The notes beneath the pieces were generated by a model. The model was not told where the DNA came from. It saw only the letters and a program-made list of their open reading frames with translations, and did no database searches. Below are positions 20,049 through 30,338 of a stretch of 64,000 nucleotides of DNA, one piece after another. The position numbers and the translations under genes are program-made. The stretch covers positions 20,523 through 84,522 of the forward strand of contig JBGTGT010000028.1 of the NCBI GenBank assembly GCA_041746575.1, given 5' to 3'. The stretch comes from Microcystaceae cyanobacterium. GTDB lineage: Bacteria; Cyanobacteriota; Cyanobacteriia; Cyanobacteriales; Microcystaceae. Numbering within the stretch: the first letter of the stretch is position 1; the number at the start of each line of letters is the position of its first letter.

Positions 20049-20624
20049 TTAGTTAATCCAAGGAATATCTTTTTCCTCGTCAGAAATACAGGATTTGGGG
20101 GTAAAATGATGATTAATCGAGTTTAGAGAATTCGGTAGGTGTGTAATGAAATAATCAACCGTTTTAGGCTTAATATAACCATTGAGAACAGCCACTTCAC
20201 CGAATCGTAAGCCTAAGTGTTTTTGCTCCGACAGGATCCGTTGTAGTTGTGATTCTGTTAACAAGCTGGCTTCTTGGAAATAGTAATCAATGGGGTGATC
20301 TTCTTGGCTTTTTAATAATTTCCACCATTTCTCTGCAAAAAAGTTGACTGTTTCTTGTTTTATCCATCCTCTTAAAACCAAAATTTCACCAATTTTAAGA
20401 TCAGTATAATGTTTTTGATCGCTTAGGGCAATATTCAATTGTTGCTGAGAAATTAAGTCAGCTTGACACAGAGTTTGTCCTAAAAGAGGATAACGATCTT
20501 GTTCTTGTTGAATGCTGGTAACGTATTGAGCATTGGTATCGGTTTTTGAAGACTTGGAGACTTGATAAAAGCCTTCCGGAATCACTATATGAGGCTCAGA
20601 GATGAATATTTGAGTCTTTATCAT
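20049..20624 (-). CDS. Hypothetical protein with tandem MshEN-like helical repeats
   Basis: LLGQTLCQADLISQQQLNIALSDQ...KIGEILVLRGWIK and a second unit ASLLTESQLQRILSEQ...RFGEVAVLNGYIK. Confidence 0.65.
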   Translation of the reverse strand: MIKTQIFISEPHIVIPEGFYQVSKSSKTDTNAQYVTSIQQEQDRYPLLGQTLCQADLISQQQLNIALSDQKHYTDLKIGEILVLRGWIKQETVNFFAEKWWKLLKSQEDHPIDYYFQEASLLTESQLQRILSEQKHLGLRFGEVAVLNGYIKPKTVDYFITHLPNSLNSINHHFTPKSCISDEEKDIPWIN

Positions 20625-21228
20625 AAGACATTTTTCCCTCTGTAAAGTTAATTAAGTAATGGGGTAAACCTCTCCTTGAAATTATACCCATTATTTACTC
20701 AAAATTATCTAAGTGTCTTATGATTTTTCTGTAAAGTTTTTATAAAGATTCTGTTAAGTAAGTCAAATTTCTTAAGGGTTTCGCAGTAGAATTTACTCAG
20801 TTTTCTGCTAACAGGTTAGAGGCAATCCGTATTTCTGACGAGGCGTTAGTTGTCTTGTCAAAAAGGGTGCCTAGGGCATCGGAAAATACTCTAAAAAAAG
20901 ACTGAAGGATTTTAAATGCTTAAACCCTAATCGTGAGCGACTCTTCTTTTTACCCTTTCTATTCTTGAAAAAAAGCAAGTGTTTGTGCCTGTTAAGCTAT
21001 TCATTTTAAAAAAGCATATAAAAACTAAATTTAGTCTCGTTTCTTAACGTAAGTGGAACTTAAGAAAAAATACAAAACAGTGCAGTAAGATGTTTTGGGT
21101 ATCAAAGAGGCAGTACAAAACTAATTTGTCTTCTGGAAAGTTAGTAAGTTAAAATTTGTTTTTGATTGGCTTACTTCACATTAATAAAAAAGCTTGTCAA
21201 TTTATCCTAAACGGGGTTGAGTGCAAAT

Positions 21229-21543
21229 CTATTCAATTTCAGATTTCATTTTTTCTAGGGTTGTATTCATTTGCTCAAACATCTGCTGAGGAGTCATTCC
21301 AAATTGTCCTAGTTGCGTTTTTAGCTGTTGAACTGTCATTTGTGCCATAAAATCGTCGGATAATTCAAAGCGTTTCATAAAGATTTTGTAGCGTTCCATT
21401 AGACTTTCCATTTTGTCTATAAAAATCCTTTTCCCTTCTCGGTCAAACTTACCATATTCGCCTCCTAATTGCGTCAAAGACTGATAATCTTCAAACAATT
21501 GTTTGGCTTCTTGTTGTACGACTTCTGAATCAAAAAATCCCAT
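21229..21543 (-). CDS. DUF1825 family protein
   Basis: MGFFDSEVVQQEAKQLFEDYQSL...GKFDREGK, a conserved cyanobacterial family. Confidence 0.85.
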   Translation of the reverse strand: MGFFDSEVVQQEAKQLFEDYQSLTQLGGEYGKFDREGKRIFIDKMESLMERYKIFMKRFELSDDFMAQMTVQQLKTQLGQFGMTPQQMFEQMNTTLEKMKSEIE

Positions 21544-21896
21544 AGCGATTTACCTTAAACCGAGTTAATTTGTAAACAATAACGATAAAGCAATGAAAAA
21601 TAGGCTAGAGATTGGTGATCTCGCTAATCTTATTGTAAATGAGAGATTCAGTTCCGTGAATTACGGTTTTCCGCTCAGTCATCGCTTAACCCCAATGTTA
21701 ATCTTGAAGATAAGACAAGGGGAAATCAACCATAGGAAAGCGTAAATCTTTGAAAACTCAGCTAATGTCTCGTTTTTACTCCAATTGAGTTGATTTATAT
21801 GGCACTGCGCATTTAAGTTAGTATGCTTTCCTGTCATCCGAAAACCTAGATTCATAATATATTCTGATCTAATTTTGTAATGCAATCGCAAATAAC

Positions 21897-22976
21897 TTAT
21901 CTGCTTCCATCCAGCGAAATCGAATTTACAGATAATATCCTGCCTTGTTGTTCTAACGATTGGCTGAGATGATCTAAAATATTGACTAACTCTATAGCTT
22001 TTTGCCCAGAAGCGGCTTTATTTGGCTTATTTGTCCGAATTGTCTCTAAAAAGCGATCGCAGACTTGTTTCAACGGTTCTTTATTTTCTAAGGGAATAAC
22101 CTCATAATCTAAGTTTTGAGGATAAAATTGGTTATTATGAGATTTTAACCATCCTTTTTGTAAGCTTAAAGGCGCATCAGATGACATTTCGTCAAAAATC
22201 AATGTTCCTTCTTCCCCGACTAAACATAAACGGCGTTGCTTATCCGGATTTAACCAACACAAATGAAGCGTTACCTCAACTCCACTGGGATAAAATAAAG
22301 AAACCCAGACTAAATCAGATAGTCCTTTAGTTTCTGGAGATACTGCGTTAAAATCATCAGACTGTAGCCAAATTCTGCCTCTTGCCGCCACCTGTTGCGG
22401 ACTTTCCTCTAACCAATCATTAAAAATCGCAATATCATGAATGGCTAAATCCCATAAAACATCGACATCCTGACGAATCGGGGCAATATGAGTACGGCTG
22501 GCATAGCCATAGCGTAATTTACCTAATTTTCCTGATTCAACGACTGTTTTACCTGTTTCTGTAGCAGGGTGGAATAAATAGGTATGATCAATAAACAAAT
22601 GTCGGTTGCGCTGTTGAGCCAATTGGGTTAACTCAACACATTCGTTAGGATTGAGGGTTAAGGGTTTTTCAGATAAAACATGATAGCCTAGGCTGAGAGC
22701 ATCTTTAATGAGTGAATAATGGGTAGAGGCAGGAGTAACCACCACAACCGCATCCAGTCCTTCTAATTGACGAATTTCTGTCCATTGACAAGCCAGAATA
22801 ATCGATTCATGCAAAGGAAATGACTGTTTCAAAACATCTAACGAGGGTGGATTGGCATCTACAATCGCCACCAATTCTGCTTGGGGATGATTCAAAAAAT
22901 GACGAACGTAGTGCTTTCCCCAACGTCCTACCCCTAAGATAGCGAGTTTCGTTTTCATGCCTGCCTTCCTCAGCAT
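21897..22976 (-). CDS. Gfo/Idh/MocA family oxidoreductase
   Basis: ILGVGRWG, TPASTH, VLSEKP and LWDLAIHD motifs. Confidence 0.9.
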   Translation of the reverse strand: MLRKAGMKTKLAILGVGRWGKHYVRHFLNHPQAELVAIVDANPPSLDVLKQSFPLHESIILACQWTEIRQLEGLDAVVVVTPASTHYSLIKDALSLGYHVLSEKPLTLNPNECVELTQLAQQRNRHLFIDHTYLFHPATETGKTVVESGKLGKLRYGYASRTHIAPIRQDVDVLWDLAIHDIAIFNDWLEESPQQVAARGRIWLQSDDFNAVSPETKGLSDLVWVSLFYPSGVEVTLHLCWLNPDKQRRLCLVGEEGTLIFDEMSSDAPLSLQKGWLKSHNNQFYPQNLDYEVIPLENKEPLKQVCDRFLETIRTNKPNKAASGQKAIELVNILDHLSQSLEQQGRILSVNSISLDGSR

Positions 22977-23000
22977 TTTGCCGACAATTTAAATTATTTC

Positions 23001-23699
23001 TTATTCGTCATTAATTGGACTTACTTTCGCTTTATAAAGCAGTTTCTCAGCTTGACGATAACCCACATAGCGAACGGTTACTAAATCACCCGGAATGGCA
23101 GTTCCCCCTAATAATTGATGATATTGAGGATCATAGGGCATTTTATCGCCAACTGTGCCAATATTTTCTACTCCCCATCGTTTGAGTAATTCTACAACGG
23201 GTTTGACTAAAGCTAAGAGTTTAACGGCAGAGAGTTGGGGATTTTGTTGAGCGGCGGCGGCGGCAGTTGGCCATTGCAATAACCAAGATTCAAGGATTTC
23301 TAAGCTAGATTGTTGAAATTCTTGCAATAAAGTGGTCTTTTGTTCGTCTAACTGCTTTTGTAGGTTTTGGTATTCCTGTTTAAGGTGAGACAATTCGGTT
23401 TTAAGAGAAGCATCTTCAGGAGAAGAAGGGGAGTTTAAAAGCGTAACATTGTGATAAAAAAGGGTCAAGCAAGTTTCAACCGAAATATTAAGCGTATTTG
23501 CCAGTTTGACAAGGTTTTCCACCGCCATTTTTGGCATTAATCCAAGTTGTAAGCGACTCAATTGCCATTCCGATAATTGAGATTGTTGACTTAATGCCTC
23601 GAAGCTGTCAATACCGGCTTTATTCATTAAATCTTTTAGAATCTGTTGATTTCTCTTAAATTTCGATAAATTTACTGGTTTCATAAGGTCAATCATCAA
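23001..23699 (-). CDS. HTH plus coiled-coil plus GrpE-like C-terminal domain protein
   Basis: N-terminal XRE-like HTH, coiled coil, and C-terminal YDPQYHQ...VRYVGY...KAKVS GrpE-like head. Confidence 0.7.
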   Translation of the reverse strand: MMIDLMKPVNLSKFKRNQQILKDLMNKAGIDSFEALSQQSQLSEWQLSRLQLGLMPKMAVENLVKLANTLNISVETCLTLFYHNVTLLNSPSSPEDASLKTELSHLKQEYQNLQKQLDEQKTTLLQEFQQSSLEILESWLLQWPTAAAAAQQNPQLSAVKLLALVKPVVELLKRWGVENIGTVGDKMPYDPQYHQLLGGTAIPGDLVTVRYVGYRQAEKLLYKAKVSPINDE

Positions 23700-23782
23700 T
23701 AATCAATAGAAGCTAACAACAAGCATTAAACGCACCCCTCATTGGTAAAAAATTGAATTTTCTAAGTATTTACTAGAAAAAT

Positions 23783-24532
23783 TTAGAGATTATCAGGATT
23801 AATGCCTTGTTCTCTTAATAAATCAGCCAAATGTTCTGCTCTTTGGCGTTCTACTTCTGCTCGTTGACGTTCTTGTTTTGCTAATTCTGACCCCCATAAT
23901 AGCAATTCTTGGGTACCTGTCCACCATCGTAACCAATATCCTTGACGATTTTCTCGAATTCCCTGCCATACTCCTATATATAAGCCTATTTCTTTAATCC
24001 AGTATCTTCCTTCTCCATTTGCTTCTTCTAATTCATATTCTTTTGAGTTCTGAAGCTTATAAAATTCCATGACGCCTTGATAGGGTTCAAAAATTATATA
24101 ATAGGGAACTTGGAGAATTCTCTCATAGAAGAACCATTTTCCGGGAGGATAAGTCGGTTTAACTGAATATTCATTTCCTTCTGTATCTGAGAGAAATTCC
24201 ATAACAATGAGCGGAATGTCTCCCTGAAGATGGGGAGTATAACTGCGGTCGATTTCTTGTCTAGAAACTCGAATACTAGGAATATAAGACCAATCAGGAG
24301 CTTTTACAACAAATTTAGAGCCGAATCGAGTACAGATGCCGTAATTGCTTGTCGTTAACGTGTTCTCTTGTAATTTTCCTGCATTTTCTAAAGCATCATT
24401 TAAGGCCGCTGCCAACATCGGTTGATTAATATTATCCACAGGATCATCGGGTAAAATAAAATCATCGGGTAATTTTTCCCAATGAATATCATCAGGAAGA
24501 GAAGGTTTGATGGGTTGAGGAATCGCAATCAT
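23783..24532 (-). CDS. Uma2-family (DUF820) endonuclease-like protein
   Basis: KAPDW, VMEFLS and YERILQVPYY motifs; C-terminal ERQRAE...LREQGINPD tail. Confidence 0.88.
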   Translation of the reverse strand: MIAIPQPIKPSLPDDIHWEKLPDDFILPDDPVDNINQPMLAAALNDALENAGKLQENTLTTSNYGICTRFGSKFVVKAPDWSYIPSIRVSRQEIDRSYTPHLQGDIPLIVMEFLSDTEGNEYSVKPTYPPGKWFFYERILQVPYYIIFEPYQGVMEFYKLQNSKEYELEEANGEGRYWIKEIGLYIGVWQGIRENRQGYWLRWWTGTQELLLWGSELAKQERQRAEVERQRAEHLADLLREQGINPDNL

Positions 24533-24642
24533 AGTTCAAAAATAAAAGCGTCAGTTAGATATTTTAGTGATTATGATTATCTTGATCAAACTAATCCATT
24601 TTCTTTGAAATAATTTTGAAATAATTAAGAACAAATCAATTC

Positions 24643-25194
24643 TTAAAATTCTCTTTTACTTTGATCAAGGTTAGGATTTCCAAGTGTTTGCCGGTGCATG
24701 AGATAACTACTGATAGAAACCAAAAGAATAGAAGCAGCTACATAAATCATTTCTGTGACGGTTTTGAGTTCTAAAGTAATCATTTTTTTGAACAAGCTTA
24801 CAATTAAGGCAACAATAATAACTTGTAATAATTTCTTTTTTAATTCTTCTAAAGAAGTCGTCACCAAGACACTTTTTCGATTAGCATCTCCCGTAAAATC
24901 AATATCAGAAATAAATAATTCATAAATGCCAAAACTAAAAATTAAAAGAATAATCCCAATTAAATAATAGTCAATGCCACCGATAACATGAGAAACCACT
25001 AAGGTTAACGATTTACTGTCAAAATCTTGAGAAATAAAAGAATTTTTCTGAATTCCAATCAAAATTTCTACTGTCCCAATCACAAAAAAATTTAAGGCAC
25101 TAATTAAGCCAAAAACAACAGGAATAAGGGTAAATAGCCGAAAATTCCAGAGGATTAACTCAAAAATTCGTTCAATTTTTTTCAATCGGGTCAT
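24643..25194 (-). CDS. YqhA / UPF0114 family membrane protein
   Basis: Four TM helices, IDYYLIGIILLIFSFGIYELFIS and SLEELKKKL. Confidence 0.82.
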   Translation of the reverse strand: MTRLKKIERIFELILWNFRLFTLIPVVFGLISALNFFVIGTVEILIGIQKNSFISQDFDSKSLTLVVSHVIGGIDYYLIGIILLIFSFGIYELFISDIDFTGDANRKSVLVTTSLEELKKKLLQVIIVALIVSLFKKMITLELKTVTEMIYVAASILLVSISSYLMHRQTLGNPNLDQSKREF

Positions 25195-25268
25195 TACAAT
25201 CGCTCAAACTCTTCTACACTTCATTGTAGTTAAGAAAAGCCGTTTTCCCCAACCTATTTGATTATGGG

Positions 25269-26321
25269 TTATTTTAACTGGGCAATATCGGCAATCGCGT
25301 CTAATAATCGATCAATCTCCTGATCCGTCCCGATGGAAATTCGGACATAATTGAGGATACGAGGATGTTTAAAATAGCGAATCAAGATTTTTCTTTTCTT
25401 TAATTCAGTATACAATCTATCTGCCGTGATCCATTGAGGTGAGGCTAACACAAAATTTGCATCAGAGTCTGAGACACTGAAATCAAGCGATCGCAATGCT
25501 TCGATTAATCTTGAGCGAGTATGACGAACCTTTTGCCAGATTTTTCGGAAATAGTCTTGATACTCAAAAGCAGATGTAGCTAAAACTTGAGCAATTCGGT
25601 CTAAATTATAAGAATCTCGCACCTTATCCATCTGTTCAATAATTGCAGGCGAAGCGATGGCAAAACCAACTCTTATTCCCGCTAAACTGTAGCTTTTTGA
25701 CATGGTTCGGGAAATAATCACGTTGTCGTATTTCTGAAGTAAATCTAAGTGATCATAATCAGCAAAATCTACATAAGCTTCATCAATTAAAACAATTCTC
25801 TCTGCTTTTGCACACGTTTCTTCAATATATTCCCGTTTAATATGTTTTCCTAAAGGTGGATTCGGTGAAGCCAAAAAAATCAACTTGGCATCGGGAGAAA
25901 TCAAGGGATAATCGAGTTCAAAGCTATCGCTCGTCGGAAATAAGCGAATATTTACCCCATGAACCCGTGAAATCGTTTCATATAACGAATAAGTCAAATC
26001 CAAAAACGTGACAGTTTCATTAGGGTTAACAAACGTCCGTAACGCAATATTTAAGATATCATCTGAGCCATTTCCCGCTAAAATTTGCTCTGGAGTGACT
26101 TTAAAGATATTAGCCGCCGTTTTACGCAGTTGGGTTGAAACGGGATCAGGATAAAGACGAATTTTTGTTAATTCCGACTGCAATACTTCAAAAATAGAGG
26201 CAGGGGGTGGATAAGGGTTCTCATTCGTGTTGAGTTTCGTAAAATCATTTGTTTGCGGTTGTTCACCAGGGACATAAGCAGGGGTTTGGCGAACACAGTC
26301 ACGAGTCCAATCCATATTCAC
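25269..26321 (-). CDS. hisC: Histidinol-phosphate aminotransferase
   Basis: KLNTNENPY, GNGSDD, IDEAYVDF and RTMSKSYSLAGIRVG (PLP lysine). Confidence 0.88.
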   Translation of the reverse strand: MNMDWTRDCVRQTPAYVPGEQPQTNDFTKLNTNENPYPPPASIFEVLQSELTKIRLYPDPVSTQLRKTAANIFKVTPEQILAGNGSDDILNIALRTFVNPNETVTFLDLTYSLYETISRVHGVNIRLFPTSDSFELDYPLISPDAKLIFLASPNPPLGKHIKREYIEETCAKAERIVLIDEAYVDFADYDHLDLLQKYDNVIISRTMSKSYSLAGIRVGFAIASPAIIEQMDKVRDSYNLDRIAQVLATSAFEYQDYFRKIWQKVRHTRSRLIEALRSLDFSVSDSDANFVLASPQWITADRLYTELKKRKILIRYFKHPRILNYVRISIGTDQEIDRLLDAIADIAQLK

Positions 26322-26367
26322 TTTAAGTCTAAATTATTGTTTATTTATTTTATCTTAACGAGATTAA

Positions 26368-27393
26368 CTATTTAAAGATTGTTTGCCAATCGTTTTTCAT
26401 ACTAACAATCTGCCATCCGCTTTTGTTTGCTGTTTTTAATGATAAATTATCTTTTTCTGCATAGGCAAATTCTCGTTCTGCGTCATCATGATTAATGAGT
26501 AACTGAAAAGAGGGTAGAGAATTATCTTTCGTATAGGTTAGCATCGCAATATCGCCCCCCGAACGAACATTTCCTGCTGCAAAAATAGGACGTTTTCCAA
26601 TCTGTAAATCAATATTAACAGGCTTCATTTGTTGATCATTAAAAGAATCCAGTTCTGCTTTGCGCCAAATGACCGACTTACCGTCTTTTTCAATAAATTC
26701 TTTTTTCAAGCGACTGCCAATCACTTGTTCTACAGGGATTCCATACATAGAAGGAGAAATCACTCGAATAAAATCAATCCCTCCCCCCGAACAAATCCAC
26801 GTTTGAAAATCATTTTTGCGTAAATATTCCATTAATTCAACCATGGGTTGATAGGCAAGATTGGTATATTTTTTCTTTAGAATAGGATGGGTTTCTTTCG
26901 CAAAAAATTCCCTAACTTCTACCTCAAACTGTTTTTCGGTCATTCCTGAATGAGTAGCCGCTAAAATAGACATAATGGCCGCTTCCCCTGCTTCTTTTAG
27001 GTAATTCATGTCCCCTTTTAATGCCGCTTGAAAGGGTTGTTTTTCTCCCAAACTAGGCTCATCTTTTATCATTTCTTTGAGGCGATCTAAGACAAACATG
27101 ACTTGAATGACGGGTTGTTCTGGCCAAAGAGTGCCATCATTATCAAAGGTGGCAATACGATCGCTTTGGGGAATAAAGTCGAGACTGCCTGATGTTGTAA
27201 CTTGATTGACAAATTCAATAAGGGCGGTTTTTGTTGCTCCTTTTTGCCATGAGGGAATGGGATCACTATTCTGCGCCGTTAAAGGGAAGATAAACTGAAG
27301 GATGAAAACCAGTGCAAAACTAAGGAAGCTGATTAAAAATAAAACCTTTCGCTTCATAAATAGAGAGTTAGAAAAAGATGAAAGAATGAACAT
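26368..27393 (-). CDS. Secreted HAD-family hydrolase (non-specific acid phosphatase-like)
   Basis: Signal peptide, FDNDGTLW HAD motif I, CSGGG and HDDAEREFAY. Confidence 0.85.
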   Translation of the reverse strand: MFILSSFSNSLFMKRKVLFLISFLSFALVFILQFIFPLTAQNSDPIPSWQKGATKTALIEFVNQVTTSGSLDFIPQSDRIATFDNDGTLWPEQPVIQVMFVLDRLKEMIKDEPSLGEKQPFQAALKGDMNYLKEAGEAAIMSILAATHSGMTEKQFEVEVREFFAKETHPILKKKYTNLAYQPMVELMEYLRKNDFQTWICSGGGIDFIRVISPSMYGIPVEQVIGSRLKKEFIEKDGKSVIWRKAELDSFNDQQMKPVNIDLQIGKRPIFAAGNVRSGGDIAMLTYTKDNSLPSFQLLINHDDAEREFAYAEKDNLSLKTANKSGWQIVSMKNDWQTIFK

Positions 27394-27618
27394 TATAGCA
27401 GAATACAGACTTAAGTCTGATCACTTTCCTGATTACTGAGTTGGAAAAATAGGATGGAAGACAGATCGTTTTTTAGCTTTATTCTTTAAAATGGATATGA
27501 GTTTATTTAAAAGATAATACTTTGCATAGAGTGAGACGGATTTATGCTAGAGAAATAACCTCAAAATGAACCTTGGTTACCTACTGGAATTTTTGAGAAA
27601 AAGAGAGGAGCGAGTAAA

Positions 27619-28203
27619 TTGTCAGAACAAGTTGCCGTATTAAGACCACCGATAAATGCCTGCCCGTTGGTGTGGATTATCATGGGTGTAGCTGGCTCTG
27701 GGAAGACAGTTGTTGGTCGACTTCTATCTGAGCGACTAGAGAGTGATTTTCTAGAGGGCGATCGTCGACATCCTTCAGCTAATATTGTCAAAATGCTTTC
27801 ACAGAGTCCTTTACAAGATGAAGATCGTCACCAGTGGCTTCGGGAAATAGAGGATGATATTCAACGAGCCATAGAGCGAAACCGAGAGACGGTACTGACT
27901 TGCTCTGCTCTGAAGGCATCTTACCGAAAGCGATTGACATCTCCTGGACGAGTCCAGTTAGTATGGCTAAATGTACCGCCATCAGAATTAGAACAGAGAC
28001 TTACCCAGAGGTCAAATCACTATATGAAGATTGAAATGCTTCGCAGTCAAATAGCAACATTTGAACCCATTGATCCCGACGACGATATAATGACTGTTAA
28101 TGGACTTCTTGCCCCCTCTGAGGTGGTTGACGAATTATTAGACAAAGCAATACAACGGTTTCCCAGTATGAGTAAATCTTGGTGGCAGAGATGTATTGAA
28201 TAA
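27619..28203 (+). CDS. gntK: Gluconokinase (GntK/IdnK type)
   Basis: MGVAGSGKT P-loop, EGD..HP.AN.KM, CSALK..YR and HYM...LRSQ motifs. Confidence 0.85.
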   Translation: MSEQVAVLRPPINACPLVWIIMGVAGSGKTVVGRLLSERLESDFLEGDRRHPSANIVKMLSQSPLQDEDRHQWLREIEDDIQRAIERNRETVLTCSALKASYRKRLTSPGRVQLVWLNVPPSELEQRLTQRSNHYMKIEMLRSQIATFEPIDPDDDIMTVNGLLAPSEVVDELLDKAIQRFPSMSKSWWQRCIE

Positions 28204-28231
28204 AACCTTATGAGAAGGTACATGATGGAGA

Positions 28232-28254
28232 GTAGGGATGCGAGGTTTGCGCCC
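28232..28254 (+). repeat. Degenerate GTAG-type REP-like palindrome
   Basis: GTAGGGATGCGAGGTTTGCGCCC resembles cyanobacterial GTAGGGGCG..CGCCC elements. Confidence 0.35.
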
Positions 28255-28361
28255 AGAGGGATATGATATTAACTCACAATTTGCTATGGGTATTCAATCC
28301 CTCCTATTGAAGCTGAGAACGACATAATATAGAGATGATGTTAAGATCCTAGCCGAAGATC

Positions 28362-29042
28362 ATGTGTGGACGATTTACCCTTACTTCCCCCTCGGAGGTC
28401 ATTACTGACACCTTCGACCTCTCCGACGCTCCCTCTTTGTCCCCGCGTTACAATATCGCCCCTTCTCAAGCGATTACTACCCTTGTCTTAGAATCCGGTC
28501 AAAAACGCCTAAAAACAATGAAATGGGGGTTAGTTCCCCCGTGGGCAAAAGACCTAAAAATCGGTCATAAATTGATTAATGCCAGAGCCGAAACTCTCTC
28601 CGAAAAGCCCTCCTTTCGCCTAGCGTTTCAACGACGACGTTGCCTCATCCTAGCGGATGGTTTTTATGAATGGCAGACGATGAAGGAAAAAAAGACCAAA
28701 CAACCGTATTATATTCAGATGAATAATCAAAAACCGTTCGCCTTCGCTGGATTATGGGAAGTATGGCAAAAAGACGATTTAGACCCTCTGATCTCTTGTA
28801 CGATCATTACCACTGAGGCAAACGACCTTATTCAACCTATTCATCAGCGAATGCCTGTCATTCTGGAGACGAAACAGCTAAGCCAATGGCTAGATCCGAC
28901 TTTGACTGATACGCAAACTCTGCAACCGCTCCTCAAGCCCTATGAAAGCGAGGCCATGATGACTTATCCGGTGAGTTCTTTAGTGAATAATCCTGCCAAT
29001 AAACAGCCGGAATGTTGTCAAGAAAAGTCTATTTCCGCCTAA
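28362..29042 (+). CDS. SRAP (SOS response-associated peptidase, YedK/HMCES family)
   Basis: MCGRF N-terminus (catalytic Cys2), RYNIAPSQ, INARAET, DGFYEW and HQRMPVIL. Confidence 0.94.
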   Translation: MCGRFTLTSPSEVITDTFDLSDAPSLSPRYNIAPSQAITTLVLESGQKRLKTMKWGLVPPWAKDLKIGHKLINARAETLSEKPSFRLAFQRRRCLILADGFYEWQTMKEKKTKQPYYIQMNNQKPFAFAGLWEVWQKDDLDPLISCTIITTEANDLIQPIHQRMPVILETKQLSQWLDPTLTDTQTLQPLLKPYESEAMMTYPVSSLVNNPANKQPECCQEKSISA

Positions 29043-29044
29043 AT

Positions 29045-29647
29045 TTACCGCTTTTGAATCGGAATCTGAATTTCACTCCGTTTGAGGGCATCAGGAACAT
29101 AAGGTCCATCATAAAAGAAACGACGGGGACTTCCCACTCGTTCGTAGTCGGGATTTTGTTGTAACCAATCCGTTAATTTTTTTAGCCCTTTTTGATAACT
29201 TTCATAACTGTATGCACCTTTTAAACCAAAACTAACCACTTTCATGGCATTGATGTCTTCTATCTCAATATTGCTGGCAATTTCATCCGGGGCAATCTCA
29301 CGAGTCCGATAAAGAAACGAGACTTCCGCTTCTCCAGAAATATCCCCCTCTAAGGTACTGACGGGGTAACGGGTCTCGACAGGGGCAGTCATTGAGATAT
29401 TATTCGAGCTAATATGCTGATATAACGGGTAAAAGGCTTGATTCGCCGCTTGCGAGAAGTCGCCTTGTGTTGGATAAGTAGCCGCACGATAAGGCGGATA
29501 TTGTTTCACTTCAATCTGATTGGGGGCAGTCGGTGGCGGAAAGCCATCGGGTAAGGGCGCACTGTTAGCTTGATAAACGCCGACTCCAATAGCGGCGATC
29601 GCGATAATTGCAAGGGGAATGAGTAAATAAGAAAACTTCATCGTCAT
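29045..29647 (-). CDS. SOUL-type heme-binding protein, membrane anchored
   Basis: N-terminal TM helix, IEVKQYP, ISMTAPV and RSEIQIP SOUL-like motifs. Confidence 0.75.
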   Translation of the reverse strand: MTMKFSYLLIPLAIIAIAAIGVGVYQANSAPLPDGFPPPTAPNQIEVKQYPPYRAATYPTQGDFSQAANQAFYPLYQHISSNNISMTAPVETRYPVSTLEGDISGEAEVSFLYRTREIAPDEIASNIEIEDINAMKVVSFGLKGAYSYESYQKGLKKLTDWLQQNPDYERVGSPRRFFYDGPYVPDALKRSEIQIPIQKR

Positions 29648-29712
29648 GAAAAAAAAGTACCTCCGTTTCTATGATGACAAACTTTTTAAGCTTTTGCTTT
29701 CTCTCGCTTAAA

Positions 29713-29728
29713 TGTATCGTGCGATACA
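29713..29728. promoter_or_regulatory. Candidate NtcA-binding site
   Basis: TGTATCGTGCGATACA matches GTA-N8-TAC with 7-bp palindromic arms, 66 bp upstream of the SOUL gene. Confidence 0.55.
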
Positions 29729-30338
29729 ATAGTTTGATTGATAAAAAGCCTTGCCCTCATTCTTAAGGATTAAAGTATCGAAAAAGAAAAAGATCGCGAC
29801 TTCCCCCAAAAGCTTTGCATTACCCTTCAGTAGAAAATGATCATCAGAAAATTTCTAGATAATCATAGCAAATTAATACTGAGTTTAATTCTTTAGAATA
29901 AATCTAAGAATTTCAATTATTAAAGAAAGTTTAGAGATAAACAAAAGAAGAATTACAGAATAAATTAGATAAAATCTTATTTAAAATATTTTCCAAAAAT
30001 AATATCTTATCAAAGTAAAGACTTATTTGGAACTTTAATATCTTTCATCATCGCATAAGATAGCATCCCTTACGAGTCAGAAAATGCGCTATTTCTATCT
30101 CTCGATATATTGCTAACTTGGACTTTTTTTGATTATCTTATAACTTAAATGATCAATTTGTTGAAATTTATTATTGTGCGAAAGTTTTCACAATATAGCA
30201 CTAGCACTACGTACTGAGGTAATTAACATCCTTCCGTTCCCTTTTTACCCCTATTTGTTGTCCAAACATAAAAACGACAATTCCCTATATTATTAATACT
30301 TTTGAGTGAAATAATCCATTTTTTAGGAGGCTTTAAAG

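Noticed and set aside
21679..21891. 70-aa minus-strand ORF
   Set aside because: No recognisable motif; the region is better explained as non-coding or structured RNA.
23783..29042. Uma2 and SRAP genes as a defence island or prophage
   Set aside because: Both families are common in cyanobacterial chromosomes; they are interspersed with hisC and other housekeeping genes, with no integrase or phage genes.
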